From contig ML978130.1 of assembly GCA_010015805.1 (NCBI GenBank), positions 806,001-870,000 on the forward strand: DNA of 64,000 nucleotides. Reading direction: 5' to 3'. This document shows, one piece after another, positions 1-11,278 of this stretch. Each line of letters starts with the position of its first letter. Position 1 is the stretch's first letter. The stretch is from Rhizodiscina lignyota (taxonomy: Eukaryota). The notes under the pieces are model-generated. The model made no database searches and was not told the origin of the DNA. It saw only the letters and a program-made list of their open reading frames with translations. The position numbers and the translations under genes were made by a program.

Positions 1-702
1 AGATAGGTGGAATGCGATATTCGCAAAATCTAGAAAGCGAGAAGATAACAAGCTGGGCATCAAACAATCTATCACCACTTACAATACCTTTTACGCATCG
101 GGAGGGAGCCATATATCCTGCCGTGATGCCGTACAGGTGCGGAGAAGCGATCATCAGTTTAGGCCTACCACTACCCCGGACTGGAGCTGGGCGGAGGGTG
201 GAGGAGAGCTGCGTCGCGTGAGCTATTGCGTATGTTCAGGGATTTCTCCAAAAAGCGACAATTCTATGGATTGGAAAGGACCCCTAATCTCCAATTTGGA
301 GAAGGCGCAGTTGTTTGTCTCTGAGAATTGGCCATCTCGGGTCATCCGAAACGGTGGAGAACTCGCATAAGCGGAGAGAATTGCAGCAAAGGCTCGGAGT
401 TTGACGGGAATGAGATCATTTGGAGACAGTGAGAAATATCTGAGCCAGAGCAATGTTGACAAAGTAAAAATTTGGATCTCGAAACGACGTTGGAGAGGTC
501 GCGGAGTTAAACATTCCGTGTGGATGAAAGAATGAGGAATTGCAAGGGTGCTTAGAAATCTGACATGTAACTCTATCTCAAATCACGCACGAGACAGCAT
601 ATTCAAACGACAAGTGTTGCTGAAATTTCAATTGCATGTACGAAGCGGATTTACGTAGCCCTCACGATAATACACCCCCAGATCATTCAATTAACAATTA
701 CA

Positions 703-1755
703 ATGGCAAAAGTTCGCCTCGCAATCCTCGACGACTACCAGGACATCGCTCCGGCGAAGTTCTCTCATCTCTCCTCCAAGGTGGATGTCGTCAGCTTTCC
801 CAAAACCCTCAATGCTAGAGATCCAGAGCAAAAGCAGCAGCTCATTGCACAGCTTCAACCGTTCGACATTGTCTCGACAATGAGGGAACGCACCGCGTTT
901 CCGGCAGATGTCGTGAACCAGCTGCCGAACTTGAAGCTGTTGCTCACAACTGGCATGAGGAACGCTTCTTTCGACATGGATGCTTTAACCAAACGTGGTG
1001 TTGTCGTTGCTGGTGCGAAGGGATTTGGTAAAGCAGGAGAGAAATCCGCTCCCACTTCACTTGATTCTACCATGGAACATGGATGGGCAATGATTCTGGG
1101 CCTTGCGCGCCGACTCGCGAGCAGCGACGTTAGTATTGCTAATGGTGGGTGGCAGACGGGCGCCGCATTTGGATTGAAGGCTAAGACCTTGGGCATTCTC
1201 GGCTTGGGTAAGCTCGGAGCTGATACGGCGAGAATCGGGGTTGCTTTTGGCATGAAGATACTTGCATGGTCGACTAGCTTGACTCAAGAAAAGGCAGATG
1301 CGGAGGCTGAGAAGATGGGGTTGGCAAAGGGTGTATTCAAATGCGCTAGCAGCAAGAAAGAGCTGTGCGAGACAGCGGACATTCTGAGCGTCCACTATGT
1401 TCTTTCCGACAGGAGCAGGGGCATTGTTGGTGCAGAGGAGCTGGCACAGCTGAAGCCCAGTGCCCTGGTGGTCAATACCTCGAGAGGGCCATTAATTGAC
1501 GAAGAGGCGCTGCTGAAGACGTTGGAGCAAGGGAAGATCTGGGGTGCGGCGCTGGATGTCTTTGATGTTGAGCCGCTTCCCGCATCGAGTCCGTGGCGGA
1601 CAACTGCATGGGGAAAGGATGGCCGCTCTGAGGTTCTCCTTAGTCCACATATGGGATATGTGGAAGAGGATGCAATGCGTCGTTGGTATGAAGACACTGC
1701 CATAAACGTTGAAACATGGCTGGAAGGACGCAAGCTAGAAACACAAATAAATTAG
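703..1755 (+). CDS. D-isomer-specific 2-hydroxyacid dehydrogenase (phosphoglycerate/glycerate dehydrogenase-like), intronless
   Basis: 350-aa ORF; N-terminal AILDDYQ, Rossmann GLGKLG, VNTSRGPLIDE, AALDVFDVEP and catalytic SPHMG motifs. Confidence 0.9.
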   Translation: MAKVRLAILDDYQDIAPAKFSHLSSKVDVVSFPKTLNARDPEQKQQLIAQLQPFDIVSTMRERTAFPADVVNQLPNLKLLLTTGMRNASFDMDALTKRGVVVAGAKGFGKAGEKSAPTSLDSTMEHGWAMILGLARRLASSDVSIANGGWQTGAAFGLKAKTLGILGLGKLGADTARIGVAFGMKILAWSTSLTQEKADAEAEKMGLAKGVFKCASSKKELCETADILSVHYVLSDRSRGIVGAEELAQLKPSALVVNTSRGPLIDEEALLKTLEQGKIWGAALDVFDVEPLPASSPWRTTAWGKDGRSEVLLSPHMGYVEEDAMRRWYEDTAINVETWLEGRKLETQIN

Positions 1756-1795
1756 TAGAAGAGAAGAACGGTATTCAGTTGGAATATCTATTGGC

Positions 1796-4213
1796 TCACT
1801 GCCTTTCGAGCATGTTGCCATAAGCATTCAGCGATGTGCCAATCAAATCTACTAATTCCCAGACGCTGTCCGGTCTGAAGAGCTTCGCCCACAGCTTGAC
1901 CACTATTGAACTCAGCCTCCGTTCATTGAGCAAGAGCTCCTCCGCAGGTGCTCCGAACTCAGTCTCTTGTACCATGTCAATGACGAACGAAAGCAGTCTG
2001 TTCTCGTGCGAGTCTAAAGGTGGCTCAGGGTATGGTATCGCTACAGCCTCCAGCCATTTAGCAAGAAGCAAAGCACATTCTCGCGAGCATATCGCATGGG
2101 CATTAGACCAGTGAATCACCTGATTCTGTGCAACAAAATTGATCCCCAGCTTGATCGGAATGCTGAGACCATGTGCACAATGTAAAGCTGCCCTGGTGAG
2201 TCGCGCACTTCGCTGAACCGGAGGACTATTCATCATGGCCAATGCAATGCTGTCTGCGTCCCAGCTGCTCAATGACTGAATTGCATCGACTCCTAGGTTT
2301 ATGCGAATATACGCCAGCCGGAGCAGCGCAGTTGATGTGAAAGAAAGAGGCCCGTACTCGTTCATAGGGTTCATCGAAGATTCTTGATTTTGCTCCCAGC
2401 AGGCAGACCAACGCTTCAGAGCTTTTTCAACACACTCAATCTGAGCTTTGAAAGATTGGCCTTCAAGCTGAAGTGGAATTCGGGATGCCCTATGAAGCCA
2501 CCAGATATCTTGGATCAAAGCGTGAATCAGGATGTACCCGCCCAAAGTCGAGATCTGTAACCGAGTTTGACCGTCGCCTTCATCAGTAGCAAAGAGACGC
2601 TGATATGCCTTTTGGATTTCCAGCTCATTGTTCCGACGTACAAACATCTCATTCCATTCAGCTTCGTTCTTGGCCTGCCATTCGCGCTCCGTGCAGGGAA
2701 GCTTGAGCCGGAGGTCATTAAAGAGGATCACGGGGGGCAGATCAAAAATAATGGTATGGATGTTGAAGAAACAGTAGGCGATGAGTTTCGATCTCTTGAC
2801 CAACTCGATGTGAGCCCATGAAGTCCACGAGATATCAGAGGTCTCATCAGGCGCCGCTAGACTCGCGTCTCTCATGACAGAATCCAAAATACTCCGGAGA
2901 CCCCAGGCTTCACGAACCAATGGCCGTCGTCGAAACCATGTTGACATGGCGATGAGTAGCGTTAGACATATGATAATCTCGACGTCAGTTACAGCGGTCC
3001 CATCCAAATGCAACTCCTGTTCCCAATCTGAGGTAATACAGGCTCTTGCGGCATTGGAATTGGAGGCTTGGCGGTCGAGATCCTGTAAGCTGTCGCCATT
3101 TTCCCTATTCCTTCTGTCGCGTCTCCGAATACGCTCCATTACTACGGCGTGAGATGCGTAAAATAGTTCGACTCCTCGCTCAGGCTCTCGATGGTACTGT
3201 GCTCCGAGCGCCGCCAATGCTAGGATGCACTCAACGGAAAGCGACTCCAGTCGGAATGTGGGGACGTGAAAGATCGGGTAATGTCCATGGAACCACGTGA
3301 AATATCCCGACACAAAGCGCGAAAGGGCGTGTGTTGAGGGAATATCAGAGGCCTTATCTGCCTTGTTGAACTGTGAAAGAGTATCGAGAATATGTCCCCG
3401 GAGCAATGGCGTTACAGTTGTATGAGATTTACGATCCACAGATTCGAGAACCTTTTCTTCTGATACATCATCCGGCCCCAGAGAAGGTAGACGAGAGCCA
3501 AGGACTCTTTCTTGTGTTTCCACCGCGGAAGGATGGCTATGGTCATGAGAAACACCAGGTGCTGGTTCAAATGATTCTTGATCGGGGACGCGGAAGGGAC
3601 TGTCTCCATATATGAAAGGAAGTGGCTGAAACGATGGAGAGAATGGATGTGTCGGAAAGGAGATAGTGTTCATGAACATCCCAAAATCGTCCATAGCATT
3701 AACATATGCGCCACTAATATCTGGAACTGAGATATCTGACGTTAGGTGTGACTGCGATTCCGGGGACATGAGGCCTTGGACTATGGCGGGATTCTGCTGC
3801 AATTGGGCGAATGTTCCCAATGGGTTAGCATTTGAAGTCCCTGGGCCAAGACCCATATTGGCGTCGTACACATTGCTATCAAAATGAACGGCTTGTGCAA
3901 CACTGGCAATTGGTGGTAGAGTCGTTTCGTCTTGACTAATAGCATGATTGGAGCCTCCGGCCAGAGTTCGAGTAGTTTCACTGTCTTTCGACGTGTGGAC
4001 AAGGTTGTGATGCCTGGTGAGCAGGTCCTTCCTCGTGAATGCATTTGGACACAAAGTGCATCGGTATGGCTTTACTTTAGTATGCGATCTCTCGTGGCGC
4101 TGGAGGTGCTCCAGCTTCGCAAAGCGCCGGTCACACCGGTGACAGACATGCTTCTTCAGGGAAGGGACAGCTCCAGTGTCGCCGCCGGTAGTCTCTGCGT
4201 TGATGTTGTTCAT
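1796..4213 (-). CDS. C2H2 zinc-finger transcription factor with fungal-specific TF domain (AmdA/AmdX-like architecture)
   Basis: 805-aa ORF; two N-terminal C2H2 fingers (CHRCDRRFAKLEHLQRHERSH, CTLCPNAFTRKDLLTRHHNLVH); Fungal_trans-type segments FHGHYPIFHVPT and LKLPCTEREW. Confidence 0.9.
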   Translation of the reverse strand: MNNINAETTGGDTGAVPSLKKHVCHRCDRRFAKLEHLQRHERSHTKVKPYRCTLCPNAFTRKDLLTRHHNLVHTSKDSETTRTLAGGSNHAISQDETTLPPIASVAQAVHFDSNVYDANMGLGPGTSNANPLGTFAQLQQNPAIVQGLMSPESQSHLTSDISVPDISGAYVNAMDDFGMFMNTISFPTHPFSPSFQPLPFIYGDSPFRVPDQESFEPAPGVSHDHSHPSAVETQERVLGSRLPSLGPDDVSEEKVLESVDRKSHTTVTPLLRGHILDTLSQFNKADKASDIPSTHALSRFVSGYFTWFHGHYPIFHVPTFRLESLSVECILALAALGAQYHREPERGVELFYASHAVVMERIRRRDRRNRENGDSLQDLDRQASNSNAARACITSDWEQELHLDGTAVTDVEIIICLTLLIAMSTWFRRRPLVREAWGLRSILDSVMRDASLAAPDETSDISWTSWAHIELVKRSKLIAYCFFNIHTIIFDLPPVILFNDLRLKLPCTEREWQAKNEAEWNEMFVRRNNELEIQKAYQRLFATDEGDGQTRLQISTLGGYILIHALIQDIWWLHRASRIPLQLEGQSFKAQIECVEKALKRWSACWEQNQESSMNPMNEYGPLSFTSTALLRLAYIRINLGVDAIQSLSSWDADSIALAMMNSPPVQRSARLTRAALHCAHGLSIPIKLGINFVAQNQVIHWSNAHAICSRECALLLAKWLEAVAIPYPEPPLDSHENRLLSFVIDMVQETEFGAPAEELLLNERRLSSIVVKLWAKLFRPDSVWELVDLIGTSLNAYGNMLERQ

Positions 4214-4769
4214 GATCCGTTCGCCAGTTGTCTTCCAACCCGGAGAACATCATGATTAAGAATGATATCCAAAAGTGCAGATAACTTCAATAATGATGGT
4301 GGCGGCTGGTCAGAGACGTCCATCTCCACCACGCCACGGAAAAGGGTGCGCCGAAAAATCTCCGCTGACCCAGGGCCGATCTCCTCACCCAAAAGGGATG
4401 GCATTTGGAACGCGGCTGGTCGCTCTGCTCACCGCATTTCAACATCACTGAGTTAACGGACCTAGAGTCAATAGTTCCGACAGCACTGTGGGCGAGCTAC
4501 TTGCTGACACAGGAAACAGGGCTCACAAAGGCACTTGGACGACTCGCTCGCCCTTGGAACAGTATTGGCACCTGCCCAGTCCACCAGGAATGCTCAGAGC
4601 TCCGCAGATAATTTAACATTACTGTTTCACGATGCCCTGACGTCAATAGAACGCGTGCAATGATCGGAATGTGTCCTTGAGTCTCGTCGGGGTTGATATA
4701 GATGGGGAGAACTACATAAGTATTTTCTACTCAACAATCGTGGACTTTCTCACAATCATTCGTTTCGAG

Positions 4770-6514
4770 ATGCATTTCCTTTCGTTCATTTGCATCTCTT
4801 CGATCGTCTCTGCTGCAGAAATTTCTCACAATGGCTTCAAAATCAGAGGGAAATACGTCTCTCCACAGCCACACCTATTGAAAGCCAGTTGGAAGACCAC
4901 GCAACCCGCCTCTATCACTGTTCCATTGCAGCGTCAAAATGGGGGTCCACCGAGCCAGAAGTACCTGCGGGCCCTGGCAACAACCAACAACCAGACCACC
5001 CTTCAAGCCGGCAAATGGGGCGCAAGCTATCTCGCCCCTGTCATACTCGGTGACAACCAGCAGTTTCAATTCATCATCGACACTGGTTCGTCCGACACCT
5101 GGGTTGCTCAGAATCGCTTTCTGTGCACTGATCCATATACCATGTAAGTAGTCCTTCTACACAACTTCGAGATATGTGCCAATTTGAGAACAGGAGAGCT
5201 GTCCCTGAGAGCGTATGCAATTTCGGACCATTATACAATCCTTCCACATTCCGGCAAATCCCAGACCAGAACTTCAATACCATGTATGGAGATGGTGAGA
5301 TACTGGCCGGCAGCATGGGATACGAGAACGTGACGTTGGCGAACGTGACTGTTCCACACCAAATCATTGCATCAGTCAACCTGGCGTCCTACAGTGGCGA
5401 CGGTGTTTCAAGCGGACTGGTTGGACTGGCGTATCCCAATCTAACGCAAGCTTATCCCGGAAACGATCCTTGGGCAGATGATCTCGATCCCGGATCCAAT
5501 ATTGAATACAGTCCGTTGTTCACAACCATGTGGGAGGTACTCGGTGTACCGCCGCTCTTCAGCATCGCTCTCTTCCGAGGCGATGATAGCGCTAATGGCG
5601 GGGTGTTGTCCTTGGGAGGTCTCCCTGAGGGTCTGAAATATACAAATGATTTTACTAGTGCTTCTATCATGCTCATGCAGGTTGAAGCACAACCAGGTCC
5701 GATAAACGAAGCCTTCACCCCTCCTTTCCTTGCTTTCTACGCCATCGAAGTGGGTAGCGTCTCAATACCTGCACCGCCGGCGTTTCCGAATTCCACAAGT
5801 GGTCGGCATCATGGACATGTTCCTGTCCGCCGGTCTACTGGACGAACTCCACAGAGGCAGGCGCGGAGACATTTCACTAGAAGGAGTCTTGTCCGAGATG
5901 GCAAGAATCAGGACGGTCTCTTGGATCGTCTGTTTCCTCGCCAAGAAGGAGCAGGAGCAGGGCCAGGAGCAGGACCAAATGGCGGGCCAGGAGCAGGACC
6001 AAATGGTGGGCCAGCGACAGGTCCGGAGGCAGGCATAAGCGGAGAATCGGGAACGGGACCGGATCCAGGGCCTGAAGATCCAAGCGACGGAGGAGCCGTG
6101 CCAACTCCGGTAGATGAAGGCGATCAAGGCATAGTGATGATTGTCGATAGCGGGACCACAATCAACTACTTCCCCAATCCAATCGCAGACGCGATTAACT
6201 CGGCGTTCGATCCTCCCGCAGAGTTTGACCCGTTCACTCAGAATTATTACGTTGACTGTAATGCAACAGCGCCTCGGATTGGCATCACCATCAATGGCAC
6301 CGAATTCTTCATCAACCCACAGGACTTGATTCTGCACAACGTTGAGCTGGGAGATGATGCACCTGCTGATATGGAAGCACCTTGCGGATCGGGTGCTGGT
6401 GCTGCGGGTGAGAGTGGTATGTTCGTGCTGGGAGATGTATTTTTGAAAAATGTCCTTGCAGTGTATGATGTTGGTGCTGGGGAGATGAGATTTGCTGCTA
6501 GAGAGAATTATTAA
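4770..6514 (+). CDS. Secreted pepsin-family (A1) aspartic protease, 2 exons (intron 5144-5193)
   Basis: Signal peptide MHFLSFICISSIVSA; catalytic motifs IIDTGSSDTW and IVDSGTT; flap YGDG; C-terminal VLGDVFLKN; GTAAGT...CAG intron joins the two ORFs in frame. Confidence 0.9.
5960..6012 (+). repeat. 24-bp tandem repeat (about 2 copies) encoding GPGAGPNG inside the protease insertion
   Basis: gggccaggagcaggaccaaatgg occurs twice, at 5960 and 5984. Confidence 0.85.
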
Positions 6515-7112
6515 CGGTTATATGGGGAGGCCCCTGGATCATTGAAACTTCTGGGCTCATAGAATACTCCGTAGACGAAGCTTTGCAGAAAAAATCGGTT
6601 AGGTAAAATCGAAGATTCATCTGCGCTCTTGGAGAAAGAGGACACCCGAGTCAGGCATGACTGTAGTCAGTTAAAACTGGATCACCAAGATGAACTACTC
6701 CGAGTTATGGCGGTCAAGAGTGCCTGATATCTGTCAAAGAGCTCGGAGACAACCACGTATCTCGCAGAAGCAGGGTTTGCTGTGCGACGATGTGCAGTCT
6801 ACGTATAGCAGCGCTATCTGATGAAAAGTTGGAGTGGAAGGGATGAAGTGACACCTGCGATGACCAAATGGTGTTGCTGAAGACGCGTGTGCATGTGCGT
6901 TCGCGCTTTCCAGCTGGCCTTTTCTGCGGGCCGGTCCGCGATGCCCGAAACGGCAGTATCAAAACATTCACACATCATCTGTCTCCGTGCAACACTCATC
7001 CTCCTACTCGCCTACGCCCGACATTCCACCCCTCTCATCTTTACGGAAGAGCGTTCTATCGCTCAATTACACTAGTAAAACTACATTTTCCGTCCCCATC
7101 GCTCGAGCCACA

Positions 7113-9911
7113 ATGGCCAGCGTACCTCGAGAACGCGACGCGAATTCCTCGCCAGCCCGGGATGTCTCCCATGGCAGTCCTCCAATGTCGGGTTCAAGCA
7201 CTCCAACGCGATATTCAATAGACCTGTCCGTCCTTGCACGGCCACCAAATAATCAGAACAAGACATATTCACCCTCCAGAGCCTTCACTTCGCGACCATA
7301 CAGAGCCAGAAAGCCCTCCCGAGCCATGAGCACCTCGTCCTTGCCTCTGCCTTCATCTCCTCCTCGAGACAAGATTTCTAGCGACGACGTCGATGGTCCT
7401 GAAGATTTCACAATAAACATGTCATACTGGATGCGCTGTAAGCTATCTAATGCGCTGGATGGCACCGCAGAAGCACCGTCGAAAGAAAGAGAAGTGGATC
7501 GTACATTGGATGAAGGCGTTCTTGGATGGATGGCCAGAGGCAATGAACGACTGATAGATATTCAGAGGCGACGCAGTGTGGATCAGAGATACGATGAAGA
7601 TGCGCCACGGCAGGAAGAAATTGTCCCGCAGCCGATTGTCCAAGAAGAATCTACAGCCGACTCTGCCAACCCAAACGATAGTAGGCCTCACACGCCGATG
7701 CCGGTGGAAGAACGTCACGGTGAAAATGAAGAGAGAAAAGAAGCACCAAGGCAAGAAGACGTTGTTCACAGCCTCTCAAGTGCAACAATCGAGCAGCAAG
7801 AGCAAGCGTTGTCATATCTTTCGGATGACGAGGACCCCAAAGCTCCTGAACCGGACGCATCAAACATCGCAGGTGCCACTTCTATTCTCGTTAGCTCTGG
7901 CGCACCCGAGGGTTCACCTCATAGCACCCGCAAACCGCCTCCAGTGCCACGTCATGCAACTGTGGAAGAGTATTTCAGCACCCCCGCGAAACCAGATCCT
8001 TTCGCCCCGCTGATCGAAAAGGCCGCTCTCGAATATCGTACCGCACATGATCATGGTGCCGAACACCCAGTCCTGAATGACGCCGCCCAAGAGTTTCACT
8101 CTGGCCCGCAATTGCGCATCGCCACTCTTGAAGCGGAAGTGGCATCGCTTACACAGCAGCTCCAGCATTCCCGTCTTGAGATCCGAGAAGCCGTGAAGTC
8201 TAGCCCTAAGGCATACGCAGCTGATCCCAGCGCTTCAGAAGCGGAAGCGCGTAACAAGCTCGAATCCGCAAACCGCCACATTCAAGATCTTACGACACAA
8301 TTAATGAAACGTGAGCGCGAGTGGCTGGACAAGCTCCATGCGGCCGACGTAGAACACGTCTCCGAGCAGCAGCGACTACGCACCAATCTCGAGGCGCAAC
8401 TCCACGAGATCCAGGCGCGCCTTGATCGAACAGAAGAGCATCTCGATTCGGTGTCTAGTGGAGGTCGTTCACCTGCGCAAGAAAACGAAAGGCGAAAAAT
8501 TCCGAAGATTGAATTTGAGAACGAACTTCGTCGCTTGAAAGAGAGCCAAGATGCGCATATCACGGCAACAAATGCTCAAATCCAGCAGCGTAGGAATAAT
8601 CCGTCTGCTACGCCGCGACCCACTCCACCAAATCGTGGAGATTCTGCAGGACTCAGCACTGCAACTCATAGCGTCCACGGCCACATCAAATCTTTCTCGC
8701 TGAACGACGTTCACCCACCTGCATCACCCACCGCTCAGCCTTACCACGATCCTGCCGTTGCAACCTCTAACTTTGACGGCCCACTTTCACAACCCTCCTC
8801 CTCGAACGATCCATACATAAATCGCAAACTCGCGCAGATCCTTGGCGTACCCTTCCTCCCGCCAGCTTTTCACCTGGATCGACTCGTGAGGGCACGAGAG
8901 ACCAAGATTCGCGACTTTGAGACCAAGCTCGAGGAAGTGTGCAAAGAGAAAGCAGAGCTGCAGACTCAGTATGAGACTGACAAGAACGTATGGGACATCG
9001 AAGTGGCAAGATTGAAGGACGAACTGAAGCTTGTGAGGAGCGAAAGCGATGCTAGGGCCGAGTACTTGAGGACCCAGTTGCAAGAACGTGAGGAAGATGC
9101 CGTTGAGGCCCGTCTGCGCTTGGCCAGTGCGAGAAGAGATGCCGAGAGTGCGAGCGAGCGATTGCGAGTGGTCACAGAGGAGCACAGAGAAGAAGTCATC
9201 ACTCTGAAGACTAAGCTTGCAGAGGCAGAGGGCTGGAAGGGCGAATTGATCCGCCAGGTCGACGAGCAACGGAGCCAAATTTTGAAAATGGAGGGAGACG
9301 TGATGAAGCTAAAAGGAGAAAAGAGGAAGTGGGATGCCGATGCAAGGGAACAACGCGCACAAAATGAGGCTGTGCTAGAAGATGTGAGGGGTAGAGCAGA
9401 AGAGGCAGTACGAAAGGCCGGCGTTTTACTCGACAAGGAGAAGAATGGTAGAGTATCGGCAGAGAGGGAGCTCGGAGAGGTAAGAGAAGACATGCATAAT
9501 GTGCGAGAGCAACTCCGATCCTTATCGGTGGATGGTGCCAGCGATCGACGGGACTCCGGCTTCTCCGAGCCTACATTCGAATCATCGCAGAAAGAGGCCA
9601 CTTTCGAGGCCGAGATCAAGTCGCTCCGCGAGGCACTTCAGAAGCAAACTCGAGACGCCGACACTGCTCGCGCCGAAACCGCTGCTGCGAATGACGAGCT
9701 CAGATTGCTTCGAGAGGACATGGTAGCGATTAACGAAGCCATGGATGCAAGGATTGCAAAGATGATGAAGAAGCGTGAGCAGGAGTGGGCTAGTAAATTT
9801 GATGCGCTGTCTAAGGAGCGGAGCAGGATTAGCAAAGCTCTGATGCAGAGCTGGGGCGAGATAGAAGTTGGAGAAAGTGTGCCGCAGGAATATCGGTATC
9901 GATACGTTTAG
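7113..9911 (+). CDS. Large coiled-coil protein, probably a spindle-pole-body-associated SnaD-like protein
   Basis: Long ORF (first ATG 7113) with low-complexity N-half and E/R/K/L-rich heptad C-half; motifs GPEDFTINMSYWM and C-terminal ALMQSWGEIEVG...YRYRYV recall SnaD-like proteins (from memory, not searched). Confidence 0.6.
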   Translation: MASVPRERDANSSPARDVSHGSPPMSGSSTPTRYSIDLSVLARPPNNQNKTYSPSRAFTSRPYRARKPSRAMSTSSLPLPSSPPRDKISSDDVDGPEDFTINMSYWMRCKLSNALDGTAEAPSKEREVDRTLDEGVLGWMARGNERLIDIQRRRSVDQRYDEDAPRQEEIVPQPIVQEESTADSANPNDSRPHTPMPVEERHGENEERKEAPRQEDVVHSLSSATIEQQEQALSYLSDDEDPKAPEPDASNIAGATSILVSSGAPEGSPHSTRKPPPVPRHATVEEYFSTPAKPDPFAPLIEKAALEYRTAHDHGAEHPVLNDAAQEFHSGPQLRIATLEAEVASLTQQLQHSRLEIREAVKSSPKAYAADPSASEAEARNKLESANRHIQDLTTQLMKREREWLDKLHAADVEHVSEQQRLRTNLEAQLHEIQARLDRTEEHLDSVSSGGRSPAQENERRKIPKIEFENELRRLKESQDAHITATNAQIQQRRNNPSATPRPTPPNRGDSAGLSTATHSVHGHIKSFSLNDVHPPASPTAQPYHDPAVATSNFDGPLSQPSSSNDPYINRKLAQILGVPFLPPAFHLDRLVRARETKIRDFETKLEEVCKEKAELQTQYETDKNVWDIEVARLKDELKLVRSESDARAEYLRTQLQEREEDAVEARLRLASARRDAESASERLRVVTEEHREEVITLKTKLAEAEGWKGELIRQVDEQRSQILKMEGDVMKLKGEKRKWDADAREQRAQNEAVLEDVRGRAEEAVRKAGVLLDKEKNGRVSAERELGEVREDMHNVREQLRSLSVDGASDRRDSGFSEPTFESSQKEATFEAEIKSLREALQKQTRDADTARAETAAANDELRLLREDMVAINEAMDARIAKMMKKREQEWASKFDALSKERSRISKALMQSWGEIEVGESVPQEYRYRYV

Positions 9912-10098
9912 TGGACCTACGAAGTACTCTCGGATGGTTGGGAATGTTGTCCTGGGGAACCGTTTTTATTCATGCGATTCGGCGACCGTCGATGGTCCTC
10001 ATGACCTTTGTATATAGTATTTTACGTTATCCTGAAATGCCGCAAACGCCTGTCTAGGGGTATACATCCGAACTTTTTGTCTCGTTCCTTGACAAGCC

Positions 10099-10507
10099 TC
10101 AAAGCAGTCCCTTCCTGGCGAGTTCGACTTTCCTAGCCATTTCGCCATCTTTCCAACCTCCCTTGCTCGCACAAATCGCAATACCATCGCCGAGTTCCAC
10201 CTTGTCCTCCACCTCTGGATGTGCGCAGGGGCAGTGGTGCGGGAAGTGGACGCAGGAAAGTGTTCCAGGGCAAAGGTAGTTCGTGCAGTGCGCTACAAAG
10301 TGGGTGAGCATATTCTCTGGAGAATGTATATCGCTAAAGCCTACCGGAATCGTATTGCTGTTTGTACCATTCTGAGTCGCTGCGGACGTTCTGTGGTGCC
10401 GCTTGCTGCCCTCCTCCGCCGAACATTTGCTCAAAGAATTGGAATTGAGCGGAGGCAGAGGACATGAGGGCAGACATGAGAAGGAAAAGAGTGGCAAGTA
10501 ATTTCAT
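10099..10507 (-). CDS. LCL2: Long chronological lifespan protein 2, 2 exons
   Basis: Spliced product [32 protein letters not shown]...[18 protein letters not shown]...ICASKGG...[11 protein letters not shown]. Confidence 0.88.
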
Positions 10508-10772
10508 CTTGAATATTCTCGAAGCTGAAGTCCGAATAACGATGTAGAGGTGTAGCGAATGAGAGCAGTACTCCAGTTAAAGGTGGTCTTTTGGAAGCTC
10601 GATGCCAAGCCGGCAAGTTCCAGCTACCCCAGATTTTCGAAGGAATAAATTTTAGAAGCGAGTTTGCGTCTTCAACACCACCATAATTGTCGTTACATCC
10701 CTACGTACAATCATCGTCAAGTAAGTGGAGACTGGTCTTTCTTATTCTACTTACACTAATTGGGTATTTAGG

Positions 10773-11031
10773 ATGCATCTCATGTACACCATCGGCCCTG
10801 ACGGCAAGCGCATCTACACTCTTAATAAAATCGTCGGTGGAGAAGTTTCCAAATCTGCGCATCCGGCTCGGTTCTCTCCCGACGACAAATATTCAAAGCA
10901 TCGGGTCACACTGAAGAAGAGATACGGACTGCTTCCTATGCAGCTGAGTACGTTTCCGATTTACGGTGCGATCCAGGTATACTGACTGCGGCGTAGAGGA
11001 AGCAATGGAGAAGAAGGCACTAGGGCAGTAG
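10773..11031 (+). CDS. NOP10: H/ACA snoRNP subunit 3; 5'-UTR intron near 10721-10771 and coding intron 10948-10996
   Basis: MHLMYT...RIYTL...[27 protein letters not shown] is the Nop10 signature. Confidence 0.95.
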
Positions 11032-11278
11032 GGGGAAAGATGCGATATGAGGCGCTTGGAGTGCTAGTTGCATTTGGACGGCGTTATTTTCTGAAGATAT
11101 GGTCATCGAAAGTCACCCCGCGATACAGCCGGGAAGGCGAAATGAGGCCTCGAATTAAGATACCTATGGTTTGAGCGGATCCAAGAGATCCAGAGCTCTA
11201 TCAAGCGATTGCGCAAAAATGAGGCAACATAGGCATCACGCTCTCCAAACCATTTCTCCCGAGTTCAGTACCGAAGTG

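Noticed and set aside
6987..7112. N-terminal extensions in the ORF track (6987, 4671, 22787, 44604, 54780, 56926)
   Set aside because: Mostly non-ATG starts, or extensions upstream of the family-typical N-terminus; downstream ATGs were preferred
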